64,000 nt of DNA from an uncultured Dehalococcoides sp. (lineage in GTDB: Bacteria > Chloroflexota > Dehalococcoidia > UBA2979), in assembly GCA_964628985.1 (NCBI GenBank), contig CAZVNJ010000011.1:2672-66671 (forward strand). Direction: 5' to 3'. The notes beneath the pieces were generated by a model that had not been told where the DNA came from, searched no databases, and saw only the letters and a list, made by a program, of their open reading frames with translations. This document shows, piece after piece, positions 1 to 8,931 of the stretch (its first letter is position 1; every line of letters begins with the position of its first letter). A program made the position numbers and the translations under genes.

Positions 1-275
1 ACCTGCTCAACGTCGGCCGCGGGGCGCTGGTGGACGAGGCCGCGTTGGTGGAGTCACTGCGCTCGGGGCACCTCGGCGGGGCCTACCTGGATGTCTTCGA
101 GACCGAGCCACTCCCGGAGTCCTCGCCGCTCTGGGATCTCGAGAACGTCATCCTGACTCCGCATGACTCAAACGTCTCCGCAGGCAACGCGGGACGCTTC
201 AACACGATCTTCGCGGAACAACTGGAATTGTGGGCTTCAGGGCGTCCGCTGACTCGCGTGGTGCGAGAGGGTTAG
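1..275 (+). CDS. D-isomer-specific 2-hydroxyacid dehydrogenase, C-terminal fragment (5' end outside window)
   Basis: The frame is open from the window edge to TAG 273-275. The tail [34 protein letters not shown]...ILTPH matches the conserved NAD-binding/catalytic C-terminus of this family. Confidence 0.75.
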   Translation, partial: LLNVGRGALVDEAALVESLRSGHLGGAYLDVFETEPLPESSPLWDLENVILTPHDSNVSAGNAGRFNTIFAEQLELWASGRPLTRVVREG

Positions 276-343
276 CGCGGCGGCAGCGGCGAACGCCCGC
301 CGACGAAACAGAGTGGACGCGGGCGGTCGGGTATGCTCCCCCG

Positions 344-2068
344 ATGCACGGCCCCGGGTTGTTGGTTGACGTCGCAGTCGCGTTGGCGCTCGCCCTGGCT
401 GGCGGGCTGGGTGCGCGCAGCCTGCGGCTCTCTCCGGTCGTGGGCTATCTCGTCGCTGGGATGGCGGTCGGGCCGTTCACGCCGGGGTACCGGGCGGACA
501 CGGAGACGCTGTACCAACTCGCCCAGGTGGGTGTCGTCTTCCTGATGTTTGGTGTGGGGCTGCATTTCAACCTACGAGACCTGACTGCCGTGCGGAAGAT
601 CGCGCTGCCCGCCGGCATGCTTCAGATCGTCTCGGTGGCCGCGCTCGCCTGGGTGCTCGCCCTCGCCGTTGGACTGCCCTCGCTCGAAGGCGCGGTGTTC
701 GGGATGGCGATCACGATCTCCAGCACCGTCGTGCTCGTGCGGAGTCTGGAGGAACGCAGCCTCATCACCTCGATCGCGGGCCGGGTGCTCGTCGGCTGGC
801 TGATTGTCCAGGACTTCGCCACCATCGTGATGCTGGTGCTGCTCCCGGTGCTCGCCAGCACGGGTGAGGGCGGCGAACGCTTCGAGGCGCTCCGCTCCGC
901 CGGCCTCGCCGTCCTCTTCGTCGTGGTCACCATGGCTGCAGGATCCCGGGCCGTCCCGTTCCTGCTCCGGCACGTTGGGCGCACAGGGTCGCGTGAACTC
1001 TTCGTGCTGGTGGTCGTCTGCCTGTCTCTCGGCATCGCCGTCGGGTCGGAGATCGCCGGTGCGTCCCTTGCCCTCGGGGCATTCATCGCCGGGGTCACCG
1101 TGAGCGAGACCGAAGGCAGTCACCAGGCAGCCAGCGACGTGCTCCCGCTCCGTGACGCCTTCGCGGTCCTGTTCTTTGTCTCGATCGGAATGCTCATCGA
1201 CCCCGCCACCGTCCTGGAAGAGCCGGCACTGGTAGGCATCGCAATCCTCGTCATCGTGTTCGCCAAACCCCTCGTCAGCGGCCTCCTGACGGCGGTGTAT
1301 CCGGTTCCCGCCCGCGTGGCCTTCGTCACAGCGGCGGGCCTGGGTCAGGCGGGTGAGTTTTCCTTCATCCTCGTGGAGGCGGGCCGGCGGCTCGACCTGC
1401 TGCAGCCGGCGACATACCAGGCGATCCTGACGGCCTCGGTGATCTCGATCGCGTTGAACCCGCTCGCGTTCCGCCTCAGCGGTGTCGTGGAGTCGCGCTT
1501 GCGAGAGCAGCCGCGTGTCTGGCACTGGATGGACCGCCAGGGCATCGCGCCGCCTGTCCTGACGCCGCCCGCACAGCACGTTGTGATCGCGGGGGCAGGC
1601 CGCGTCGGTCGGCTTGCTGGACGAGCGCTTGAGGAGCTCGGGATCCCACACGTGTACATCGAGGCCACGCTCGAAGACGTGATCGGGATGCAGCACAGCG
1701 GCCACACCGCGTACTGGGGCGACGCGGCGAGCCAGGATGTGCTGGCAGCCGCTGGCATCGCGGACGCGCACATGCTCATCCTCGCCGTGCCCGATGCGGG
1801 ATCGGCGCGCCTTGCCGCCGCGCACGCACGCCAGGCCAACCCGACCATCGCGATCGTCGCACGCGCACACTCGAAGACAGAGGTCGAGGTCCTTCGAAGC
1901 GCGGATGTCAACGTCGTCGTCGTACCGGAGTACGAGGGCGCCGCCACGATCCTGCGCCGGTCGCTCGCGCTGCTCGACTGCGACGCGGACGAGATCGAGC
2001 GGGCGTCCAGCCACGCCCTCACGCACGGATACGACGACAGCTCCTACGACGCGACTGCGACTCCCTAG
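344..2068 (+). CDS. Cation:proton antiporter (CPA2/Kef-type) with C-terminal TrkA-N/RCK domain
   Basis: Lies in ORF 230-2068. ATG 344 was chosen because the hydrophobic N-terminus MHGPGLLVDVAVALALALAGG starts there. Many hydrophobic segments are followed by a Rossmann motif VVIAGAGRVGR, typical of a Kef/TrkA-N fusion. Confidence 0.85.
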   Translation: MHGPGLLVDVAVALALALAGGLGARSLRLSPVVGYLVAGMAVGPFTPGYRADTETLYQLAQVGVVFLMFGVGLHFNLRDLTAVRKIALPAGMLQIVSVAALAWVLALAVGLPSLEGAVFGMAITISSTVVLVRSLEERSLITSIAGRVLVGWLIVQDFATIVMLVLLPVLASTGEGGERFEALRSAGLAVLFVVVTMAAGSRAVPFLLRHVGRTGSRELFVLVVVCLSLGIAVGSEIAGASLALGAFIAGVTVSETEGSHQAASDVLPLRDAFAVLFFVSIGMLIDPATVLEEPALVGIAILVIVFAKPLVSGLLTAVYPVPARVAFVTAAGLGQAGEFSFILVEAGRRLDLLQPATYQAILTASVISIALNPLAFRLSGVVESRLREQPRVWHWMDRQGIAPPVLTPPAQHVVIAGAGRVGRLAGRALEELGIPHVYIEATLEDVIGMQHSGHTAYWGDAASQDVLAAAGIADAHMLILAVPDAGSARLAAAHARQANPTIAIVARAHSKTEVEVLRSADVNVVVVPEYEGAATILRRSLALLDCDADEIERASSHALTHGYDDSSYDATATP

Positions 2069-2083
2069 GCATTCTCAACGAGG

Positions 2084-2911
2084 TTACCGAGGTGGGAGCC
2101 CGGCATCCGCGACACGCTGCGCGAGTGTCTTTGCAGTAATCACTCCCATCGTGAGGAAGTCATCGATACAGTGCGCAACGCCGTCCGGCTCGTGGATGGA
2201 GACCTCGTGCCCCGCATGTGAGAACACCTGAAGCGTCGCGTTCGGAAGACGGGCGAAGTCCTTGAGGTTCGCCCCGAGCAGACCGTCAGCCGCCCCGGCG
2301 ATGACCAGCGTGGGGAGCGTGAGTTCCGCGAGCCGGTCCCCCACGGAGAGGGTCGCCATCGCCTGCATTCCATCCACGTAGTGGCCGTTGGAGACGCCGA
2401 GGACATGGCGCACCCGGTCCTCGAACCAGTCGTCCGTCTCGGCCTCGGGACGGAAACGCTGAGCCTGGTGGCGAGCCAGCATCATCGGACGGTCGGCCTC
2501 GGTGGGTTGCGTCACCGTGCGGCCGATCGCCGCCGGGAAGCCGTCCGCCGGAATGGCGGCCATGAGGATGAGCCGTTCCACCCGGTCCGGGTAGGTGAGC
2601 GCGAGGACGTAGCCGATTCCGCCGCCCATGCTGTGCCCGGCGTACGTGACGCGTCCGATCCCCAGGTGGTCGAGCACGCCGACCACGTCCGCGGCGTACT
2701 GCTGGAGGTTGTACCCGCCCGCGGTGTATTCGCTCTCACCGGTGCCTCGGCACTCCATGAGGATGCACCGATACCGGTCCTGCAGGCGCTCAACCACAGG
2801 CATCCAGTTCACGCGGCTCGCGGTGTAGCCGTGGTGGAACAGGATCGGTGCCCCGGAGCCACGGACGTCGTACCAGAGCCGGGCGCCGTTGACTGTGACG
2901 TGAGGCATCAT
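2084..2911 (-). CDS. Alpha/beta-fold hydrolase
   Basis: 275-aa ORF with an HG oxyanion motif (ILFHHGY) and a nucleophile elbow GHSMGG. Confidence 0.85.
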   Translation of the reverse strand: MMPHVTVNGARLWYDVRGSGAPILFHHGYTASRVNWMPVVERLQDRYRCILMECRGTGESEYTAGGYNLQQYAADVVGVLDHLGIGRVTYAGHSMGGGIGYVLALTYPDRVERLILMAAIPADGFPAAIGRTVTQPTEADRPMMLARHQAQRFRPEAETDDWFEDRVRHVLGVSNGHYVDGMQAMATLSVGDRLAELTLPTLVIAGAADGLLGANLKDFARLPNATLQVFSHAGHEVSIHEPDGVAHCIDDFLTMGVITAKTLAQRVADAGLPPR

Positions 2912-2968
2912 GTCCGCCTTCCGCAGGGTGGTCTCGCGCGCGGGAGTGTAGCGCTCGGCGGCGCGGGT

Positions 2969-3874
2969 TCAGACAGCGACGATGCGGATCGTCCCGGCAT
3001 GAGCGCGCAGCCTGACCGTCGGTGCCCCGGCGTCCGGTTTCCGCAGGTAATCCACCGGCAGGTCGGAGCGGACGGAGCCAGCCCGCGCCTCCGCGTCCAC
3101 CCAGAACGCCGAGTCAGGGGTTACCGCCATGCGCAGGCTACCGGCGCGGGACTCCAGGTCGACCGGTGCATGCACCTTGCCACGCCATTCCACGCCTCCC
3201 GCGCGCGTGCGCACCCGGGCGGGCCCGCCGATGTCCTCCAGCACAACGCGCCCGCCGCGCGCGTCCACATCCACGGCACCATCCGCACTTCGAATGCTTA
3301 CGGTGCCTCGACGTGCGGTAACCCGGAGACCGCCGAGGATCCGCTCGGCATTCACCCGGCCAGCACGAGACTCGATCTGGACATCCCCCTCGACCCCCTC
3401 AAGGTTCGCGCTGCCGAGGCGCGTCGAGATCCTCACGTTACCTTTGAGGTCGGCGAGGTGGGCCGCGCCGGCGTATACATCGGCCTCCACGGTCGCGCGA
3501 AGTCCGGTCACACGGAGGCTGCCTGCGCGCTGCACGGCCCGCACTTCGACCTCTCTTGGGACCGCGACGCGCAGCGCGATCCGGGTGCCGTGGGTGATAC
3601 CCAGGTGACGCAGCACCTGCACCAGGGGCGGATCGTCACGAGGCAGATCTGCGGGGCCAATGGTCAGGGACTCCCGGGCGCCTGTGATGGGCAGCCGCAC
3701 AGCGTCCAGGCGCGAACGGCCGGCCCGCTCGTCCTCGGCATCGACTGTGACCTGTGCGGTGATCAGCACGTCGTCACGGTCCTCGCCAACCACCACGAGT
3801 TCGCCAGCACGATTCTCGACCACGAGCCGGCGAGGGGCGGGGGCACGTTCCTCGATGGAACGGTGGTACTGCAC
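2969..3874 (-). CDS. DUF4097-like beta-strand repeat protein (putative adhesin fold)
   Basis: 301-aa ORF built from repeated short units (GNVRISTRLGSANLEGVEGDVQIESRAGRVNAE, GGLRVTARRGTVSIRS, GPARVRTRAGGVEW). Its start lies 3 nt downstream of the preceding CDS on the same strand. Confidence 0.7.
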   Translation of the reverse strand: MQYHRSIEERAPAPRRLVVENRAGELVVVGEDRDDVLITAQVTVDAEDERAGRSRLDAVRLPITGARESLTIGPADLPRDDPPLVQVLRHLGITHGTRIALRVAVPREVEVRAVQRAGSLRVTGLRATVEADVYAGAAHLADLKGNVRISTRLGSANLEGVEGDVQIESRAGRVNAERILGGLRVTARRGTVSIRSADGAVDVDARGGRVVLEDIGGPARVRTRAGGVEWRGKVHAPVDLESRAGSLRMAVTPDSAFWVDAEARAGSVRSDLPVDYLRKPDAGAPTVRLRAHAGTIRIVAV

Positions 3875-3877
3875 GGC

Positions 3878-4369
3878 CTAGCCGATCCAACCTTTGAGGC
3901 TTTGACTACCGGCATCACGATCGCGCCCGTGGCGTCCAGAGGTACGGCCCCGGCGCCCCGCTTCTTGGGAGACGACGCGGGTCAGCCAGGCATTCAGCGA
4001 CACCCCGGCTTGTTCGGCCGCGATCGCCGCGATTTCCTTGAGTTCAGAGGGCAGCCGAAGCGTCAGGCGCTCGATCTCGCTGGCATCGAACTCGAGATCC
4101 GGCGCGGTACTCGCGTGCTCCATCGGCGACAGGGCTTCTACCCGCAGTTCGGGACCGTCGGCGGTATGCACCACTTCGGCGCGGACGGCGCCGCCCGCCA
4201 CCTCGTTCACCTCGGTGGCAGCACCGCGAATCATGGCGACCGCCGCGCCCTCGACGGCTGGCGCAGCCGCCCGCAGGACCCGCTGAAGCCGCGCTCGCTG
4301 CGGCTCGTCCTCGATCAGGTCGAGGGCGCCGTCGAATGCCTCGAGGATGGGGGCAATATCGATCCGCAT
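3878..4369 (-). CDS. Hypothetical protein with C-terminal ribbon-helix-helix-like (HicB/Arc/CopG-type) segment
   Basis: An in-frame ATG (plus-strand CAT at 4367-4369) lies inside ORF 3878-4657. The C-terminal RLTLRLPSELKEIAAIAAEQAGVSLNAWLTRVV looks like an RHH DNA-binding module. The N-terminal ~110 aa are unassigned. Confidence 0.55.
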   Translation of the reverse strand: MRIDIAPILEAFDGALDLIEDEPQRARLQRVLRAAAPAVEGAAVAMIRGAATEVNEVAGGAVRAEVVHTADGPELRVEALSPMEHASTAPDLEFDASEIERLTLRLPSELKEIAAIAAEQAGVSLNAWLTRVVSQEAGRRGRTSGRHGRDRDAGSQSLKGWIG

Positions 4370-4487
4370 GGTGGCCTCCAGAGGCGGGTTCGTCGGTGGC
4401 GTCATTATGACACCACATGGCGTCACCCGCGAGCGTAGTTGTTTGCCGGGGCGCATCCGCGTCGCCATACTCCGGCCCGGAGGTTCG

Positions 4488-5690
4488 ATGCCCGCATCAC
4501 CGACTGCCCTGCCCTCCTCCATCGCTGGGCTCACCGCCGAGTGGCTCACAGCCGCGCTCCACGAGGGTGGGTCGCTCCCGGCCGGCACAGTCGTCACGTC
4601 CTTCCAATCCCAGCGTCTTGGCGTCGGCGAAGGATTCCTGGGCGAGCTGGCACGCATTCGCCCGACCTATGACGGCCCAGCGGATGGTGCGCCGGCTTCG
4701 TTCATCGCAAAACTCCCTTCGCCGCTCCCCGCCAACAAGGCACTCGGTGTGATGTTCACGGCCTACGAGCGTGAGATCCGCTTCTACCAGGAACTCGCGG
4801 GACTGGCCGACCTCCCGATGCCGAGGTGCTACTTCGGCGGACTCGACCCGGCCTCAGCAGTCGACCGTGCCGCCGAGGCGCTGATCCAGCGTCTCCCACC
4901 CCGTCTCACGGCGAAGGTCCTGGAGCGGGTGATGCGGCAGGCGGGGAAGAGCAAGCGGCGCTTCGCCTTGCTCATCGAGGACCTCGAAGGCCTGCGCATC
5001 GGGGACCAGGTACGAGGAGTGACGGTGGCCGAGGCGGAGTGCGCACTGCGCACGCTGGCACGGTTCCATGCGGCGTACTGGGAGAGCGCGGCGCTGAACC
5101 GCCCGTGGCTCGCGCATGCTGACACAAGCGCCGACATCGCCCACGAGATGTTTCGACGCGCCCGCCCCATCCTGGAGGCTCGCTTCGGTGACCGGATCTC
5201 ACCCGAGTCCCACCGCATCCTCGAATGGGCCGAGGTGAACGGCCCCGCCCTCCTCAGGCGACTGGCGGCGGCGCCGCGGACGCTGAACCACGGTGACTAC
5301 CGCGCGGACAACATCTTCTTCGACAGTCCCCTCGGCGAGGCCGGAAACGTGACGATGATCGATTTCCAGGCGCTCACCGTGGGCTGCCCCATGATCGATG
5401 TGGCGTACTTCATCCGGCCGAATATGGATCCCACCGTCGCGAACGCCTCCGAGCAGCACCTCGTGGAGGCCTATCACGCGGGTCTCGTCGAGGCGGGCGT
5501 CCGGGGGTATTCCATCGAGCGATGCCGTGAGGACTACACCCTGGCGAGCCTCTGGGTGATCCACCGCGGGGTCATCCTGATCGGGACCCTCGACCTCTCC
5601 AACGAGCGAGGGATGGAGATGGTGGACCGCGCCGTGGAGCGCGCCATGCAGGCGACGCCTCAAATCGACCTCGGGGTAGTGCGTTTCTAG
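4488..5690 (+). CDS. Phosphotransferase family protein (APH / ecdysteroid-kinase-like)
   Basis: ATG 4488 is preceded by GGAGG (4478-4482). Kinase catalytic-loop motif NHGDYRADNIFF and metal-binding IDFQ are present. The upstream part of ORF 4347-5690 overlaps the divergent gene and was rejected. Confidence 0.8.
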   Translation: MPASPTALPSSIAGLTAEWLTAALHEGGSLPAGTVVTSFQSQRLGVGEGFLGELARIRPTYDGPADGAPASFIAKLPSPLPANKALGVMFTAYEREIRFYQELAGLADLPMPRCYFGGLDPASAVDRAAEALIQRLPPRLTAKVLERVMRQAGKSKRRFALLIEDLEGLRIGDQVRGVTVAEAECALRTLARFHAAYWESAALNRPWLAHADTSADIAHEMFRRARPILEARFGDRISPESHRILEWAEVNGPALLRRLAAAPRTLNHGDYRADNIFFDSPLGEAGNVTMIDFQALTVGCPMIDVAYFIRPNMDPTVANASEQHLVEAYHAGLVEAGVRGYSIERCREDYTLASLWVIHRGVILIGTLDLSNERGMEMVDRAVERAMQATPQIDLGVVRF

Positions 5691-5698
5691 GGGACGCC

Positions 5699-6079
5699 TT
5701 AGCGATGCAACCGTGCCTCGCGGTCACGGTCATCGCCGTGGTCGCCGTCCTCCTGCTCGTCGCGGGGGTCATCGTCGCGGTGTTCCGTGCGGTCGATCGG
5801 CAGGTCGGTCCGGGGCGACTCCACCTGATTCACGCCGATCCGGACCTCAGGTGCCTTCGCGGCGAGGCTCGAGCGGTCAGCGGAACCCGACAGAGCACCC
5901 CGCGCGGAGCCCGTGCCCGAGGGAGCGGGGACCTCGCCTGCCGCGACCGCGGGTGGCTGGGCGGCTATCGGCTGCGGCTGTTGGTCAGCCGCAAGACCTA
6001 GTCCTACCAGACCAAGGGCGAGCGCCACTCCGGCGCCGAGTGCGCTCTGCGTCAGGATCCGCTGCTGTCGCTGGTCCAC
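5699..6079 (-). CDS. Possible small membrane-anchored hypothetical protein (strand assignment uncertain)
   Basis: A GTG (plus-strand CAC 6077-6079) is preceded by GGGAGGG at about 9 nt spacing. The product would be a short basic N-terminus, one TM segment (ALGAGVALALGLVGLGLAA), a Pro/Ala/Gln-rich linker and an acidic tail. GC at the two candidate third-codon positions was about equal when counted by hand, so the plus-strand ORF 5705-6001 cannot be excluded. Confidence 0.3.
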   Translation of the reverse strand: MDQRQQRILTQSALGAGVALALGLVGLGLAADQQPQPIAAQPPAVAAGEVPAPSGTGSARGALSGSADRSSLAAKAPEVRIGVNQVESPRTDLPIDRTEHRDDDPRDEQEDGDHGDDRDREARLHR

Positions 6080-6190
6080 CTCGTCCCACCCTCCCTGCAC
6101 TCTGATGCAACGAGGATGAACGCGGCGCCGTTGAGCCCGCTGTGTGATTGACATGAGGGCGCTGTGCATCCGGCGCGCTATCCTGACCGC

Positions 6191-7117
6191 ATGCCAGAAT
6201 CCTCGATTCCAGAATCCCTGCGCCTGGTCGCGGAGCCGACGCTCCGGCGCCCCCTCCTGATCGCCGGATTCCAGGGCTGGAACGACGCCGGAGAGGCCGC
6301 CAGCAGCGCCGTCCGCTTCGTGCATCGACGCTGGCGCTGCGATCCGCTCGGCGACATCGACCCCGAGGAGTTCTACGACTTTACGCAGATCCGCCCCCAG
6401 GTCCGGCTGGAGCGCGGCGAGCGCATCGTCGAATGGCCGCCGAACCTCTTCTCGAGCAAACGTGCGGATGGCCTCGACCGCGACGTGATCCTGCTCTCTG
6501 GGATCGAGCCTCATACGGCGTGGCGGTCTTACATCGAGTGCGTCACGGCAGTCTGCGAGAAGTTTCAGGTGGAGGGGGTCGTCATCCTCGGCGCCCTGCT
6601 GGCGGAGGTGAGCCACGCCCGCCCCGTCCGCGTCAGCGGCTCGGCCTCCGCCGACTGGCTTGCCCGCCCGCTCGGCCTCACCACTCGTACGAGGTCCACC
6701 TACCAGGGCCCGACCGGGATCGTCGGGGTGCTGACGCAGGCTCTTCGCGATCGAGGGATCGCGACCGCGAGCCTGTGGGCGAACATGCCGTTTTACGTCC
6801 AGCGCACCCCGAACCCGAAGGGCTCCCTCGCGCTCCTGGAGCGCTTGAACCGTGCGTTCGGATTCGGCCTCAATCTGCACGACCTCGAGGTGTTCGCCGC
6901 GCGATTCGAAGCACAGATCGCGGGCGACATCGAGGAGAACGCCGAGATCGCCGAATACGCTCGTCGCGTCGCCTCGATTGCGGACGAAGAAGAGGATGAC
7001 GACGAGGAAACCCTCGACGAGCCACAGACCTCAGAGGAACTCCCAGACGCCGCCTCGATGGTGGAAGACCTCGAGCGGTTCCTGCGCGAGCAGCGCGGGC
7101 AGCAGGGTCAGTCGTAG
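6191..7117 (+). CDS. PAC2 (proteasome assembly chaperone-like) family protein
   Basis: ATG 6191 lies inside ORF 6164-7117. The N-terminal LLIAGFQGWNDAGEAAS motif, ~300 aa length and strongly acidic C-terminal tail (EEEDDDEE) are typical of bacterial PAC2-family proteins. Confidence 0.75.
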   Translation: MPESSIPESLRLVAEPTLRRPLLIAGFQGWNDAGEAASSAVRFVHRRWRCDPLGDIDPEEFYDFTQIRPQVRLERGERIVEWPPNLFSSKRADGLDRDVILLSGIEPHTAWRSYIECVTAVCEKFQVEGVVILGALLAEVSHARPVRVSGSASADWLARPLGLTTRTRSTYQGPTGIVGVLTQALRDRGIATASLWANMPFYVQRTPNPKGSLALLERLNRAFGFGLNLHDLEVFAARFEAQIAGDIEENAEIAEYARRVASIADEEEDDDEETLDEPQTSEELPDAASMVEDLERFLREQRGQQGQS

Positions 7118-7194
7118 AAATCTGCAGCCTGAGGTCGCTCCTCACTTGAGCGGCATCAACTCGCGGCGTATCCTGCCGGAAACGCCCCAGCGTT

Positions 7195-7232
7195 TGCTTT
7201 AAGTCCGGTCCTGTGAGGCCGGGAAGGAACGC
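7195..7232 (+). promoter_or_regulatory. Putative PyrR-binding RNA stem-loop in the pyr leader
   Basis: GCUUUAAGUCCGGUCCUGUGAGGCCGGGAAGGAAC has a stem (UCCGG/CCGGG) with a purine-rich GUGAGG loop and a 3' GAAGGA. It resembles the conserved PyrR binding-loop motif (UCCAGAGAGGCU...AAGGA). It lies 140-180 nt upstream of pyrR. Confidence 0.55.
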
Positions 7233-7301
7233 GGAATGCACATGCAGACGCCCTCGGGCGCCGGCTCGAACTCGTACACGAATGCGCTCGCCAGCGCTGA
7301 C

Positions 7302-7330
7302 GCCTCCTCGCTTCCCGGGGAGGCATTTTT
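7302..7330 (+). terminator. Intrinsic terminator / attenuator hairpin upstream of pyrR
   Basis: GCCUCC (7302-7307) pairs with GGAGGC (7319-7324) and is followed by a U5 run (7326-7330). U-runs are rare in this G+C-rich sequence. The hairpin lies between the putative PyrR site and the pyrR SD. Confidence 0.6.
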
Positions 7331-7372
7331 GTGCCCACCGGGCCGGTGTCCCCTCCATCCGGAGGTGCTCCG

Positions 7373-7915
7373 ATGAATTCTGGAAATGTCCTGGACGCTG
7401 ACGGCATCCGGCGCGCGGTCCGGCGCATCGCCCACGAGATCGTGGAGTCGAACCAAGGCACCGGTGGGCTCGTCCTCGTGGGAATCCAGCGTGGCGGCGC
7501 CGTCCTCGCACGTCGCATTGCCGAGCAGATCGAGGCCATCGAGGGAGCGCGCCCTCCTCTCGGCTCGCTCGACGTCACGCTCTACCGTGACGACCTCGCA
7601 CGCCGTGGCATCCAGCCCCAGCCGCAGCCAAGCGACCTCCCGGACATCGAGGGCAAGACCGTCGTGCTGGTGGACGACGTGCTGATGACCGGCCGCACCG
7701 TCCGCGCCGCCCTCGACGGGATGAACGACTACGGGCGCCCCCGCGCCGTGCGGCTCGCCGTCCTCGTGGACCGCGGGCACCGAGAACTGCCGATCCGCGC
7801 CGACCTGGTCGGCAAGAACATTCCGACAGCCGTGCATGACGATGTGCGCGTGATGCTGGAGGAACTCGACGGGAGCGACGCAGTGGTCGTCGTCTCCGGG
7901 AGGGTGACCGCATGA
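7373..7915 (+). CDS. pyrR: Bifunctional pyrimidine operon regulator / uracil phosphoribosyltransferase PyrR
   Basis: ATG 7373 follows GGAGG (7361-7365). The 180-aa product carries the PRPP-binding motif [13 protein letters not shown] and is PyrR-like throughout. Its stop overlaps the pyrB start (ATGA). Confidence 0.9.
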   Translation: MNSGNVLDADGIRRAVRRIAHEIVESNQGTGGLVLVGIQRGGAVLARRIAEQIEAIEGARPPLGSLDVTLYRDDLARRGIQPQPQPSDLPDIEGKTVVLVDDVLMTGRTVRAALDGMNDYGRPRAVRLAVLVDRGHRELPIRADLVGKNIPTAVHDDVRVMLEELDGSDAVVVVSGRVTA

Positions 7916-8931
7916 CCGCAGAGACCCCCACCCGCACCCGTAGCGCCACGCCCCCTGCTTGGCGGCACACTGACGTGCTCGACCTCGACGACTTCGGTGT
8001 CGACGAAATCGAGACCGTGCTGACCCTGGCCGACCGGATGCGGGAGGTCCTGGACCGGCGCATCGCGCGCGTGCCTGCTCTGCGCGGTTACACCGTGGTC
8101 AACCTCTTCTATGAGCCTTCGACGCGGACGCGGGCCTCGTTCGAACTGGCGGGCAAGGTCCTCGGCGCGGATGTGATCACGATCACCACGGCTACCTCGA
8201 GCGTGGTGAAGGGTGAATCACTCATTGACACCGTCCGGACGCTACGGGCAATGCGGGCTGACTCGATCGTGATGCGGCACTCGATGGCCGGAGCAGCCTA
8301 CCTCGCTGCCGACCACACGGACGCCTCCATCATCAACGCCGGAGACGGCGCGCACGCGCACCCCACACAGGCGTTGCTGGACCTGTACACGATCCGCAAG
8401 CGCGTGGGCGACCTCCGAGGCAAGCGTGTCGTGATGGTGGGTGACATCTCCCACTCGCGAGTCGCCCGCTCTGACATGTGGGGGCTCACAGCCCTTGGCG
8501 CGGAGGTGGTCGTCTGCGGCCCCCCGACACTGCTGCCGCGAGGACTCCGCCCGGGCGACCGGCCATCCCACGCAGAGTCCGCACTCCCTCCCGTGATCAT
8601 CGAGACCGAGATCGACCGGGCCATCGAAGGCGCGGATGTGGTGATGGCGCTTCGTCTGCAGAGCGAGCGCCAGCAGGGTGGCCTGCTCCCCTCGCTGCAC
8701 GAGTATTCGCAGTTCTACCAGGTGACCGCGGAGCGGCTGAAGCGCGCAAAACCGGGGCACTTGCTGATGCACCCGGGGCCGAAGAACGAGGGTGTCGAGA
8801 TCGCCGCGGCAGTCGCCTCCGGGAGTTCCTCCATCATCGAGGAGCAGGTGACCAACGGCGTCGCCGTGCGGATGGCGCTGCTCTACCTCCTCTCAGGCCG
8901 CACCGAGTTGTCCGGCGAGGAGGCCCGCTGA
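7912..8931 (+). CDS. pyrB: Aspartate carbamoyltransferase catalytic subunit
   Basis: Motifs FYEPSTRTR and HPTQALLD are present, plus HPGP near the C-terminus. Start and stop overlap pyrR and pyrC. Confidence 0.95.
   Translation: MTAETPTRTRSATPPAWRHTDVLDLDDFGVDEIETVLTLADRMREVLDRRIARVPALRGYTVVNLFYEPSTRTRASFELAGKVLGADVITITTATSSVVKGESLIDTVRTLRAMRADSIVMRHSMAGAAYLAADHTDASIINAGDGAHAHPTQALLDLYTIRKRVGDLRGKRVVMVGDISHSRVARSDMWGLTALGAEVVVCGPPTLLPRGLRPGDRPSHAESALPPVIIETEIDRAIEGADVVMALRLQSERQQGGLLPSLHEYSQFYQVTAERLKRAKPGHLLMHPGPKNEGVEIAAAVASGSSSIIEEQVTNGVAVRMALLYLLSGRTELSGEEAR

Noticed and set aside
230-343. N-terminal extensions offered by the ORF track (for example 230-343, 4347-4487, 8478-8930, 16533-16670, 40425-40730, 46761-47642, 48086-48499, 59572-59757, 63244-63363).
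   Set aside because: In each case the extension overlaps the preceding gene in another frame and is Arg/Pro-rich. An internal start coincides with a stop/start overlap or an SD, and with the point where family similarity begins.
572-2026. 484-aa minus-strand ORF, plus nested ORFs 622-1098 and 1345-2022, antisense to the antiporter gene.
   Set aside because: The translation is Arg/Gly/Asp/His-rich with no recognisable motif. It lies entirely antisense to a gene with clear family signatures. Long open antisense frames are expected at this G+C content.
2381-4438. 685-aa plus-strand ORF spanning three minus-strand genes.
   Set aside because: It has an Arg/His/Pro/Gly-biased composition and crosses the boundaries of three well-supported genes (hydrolase, DUF4097, RHH-like). 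It is a G+C artefact.
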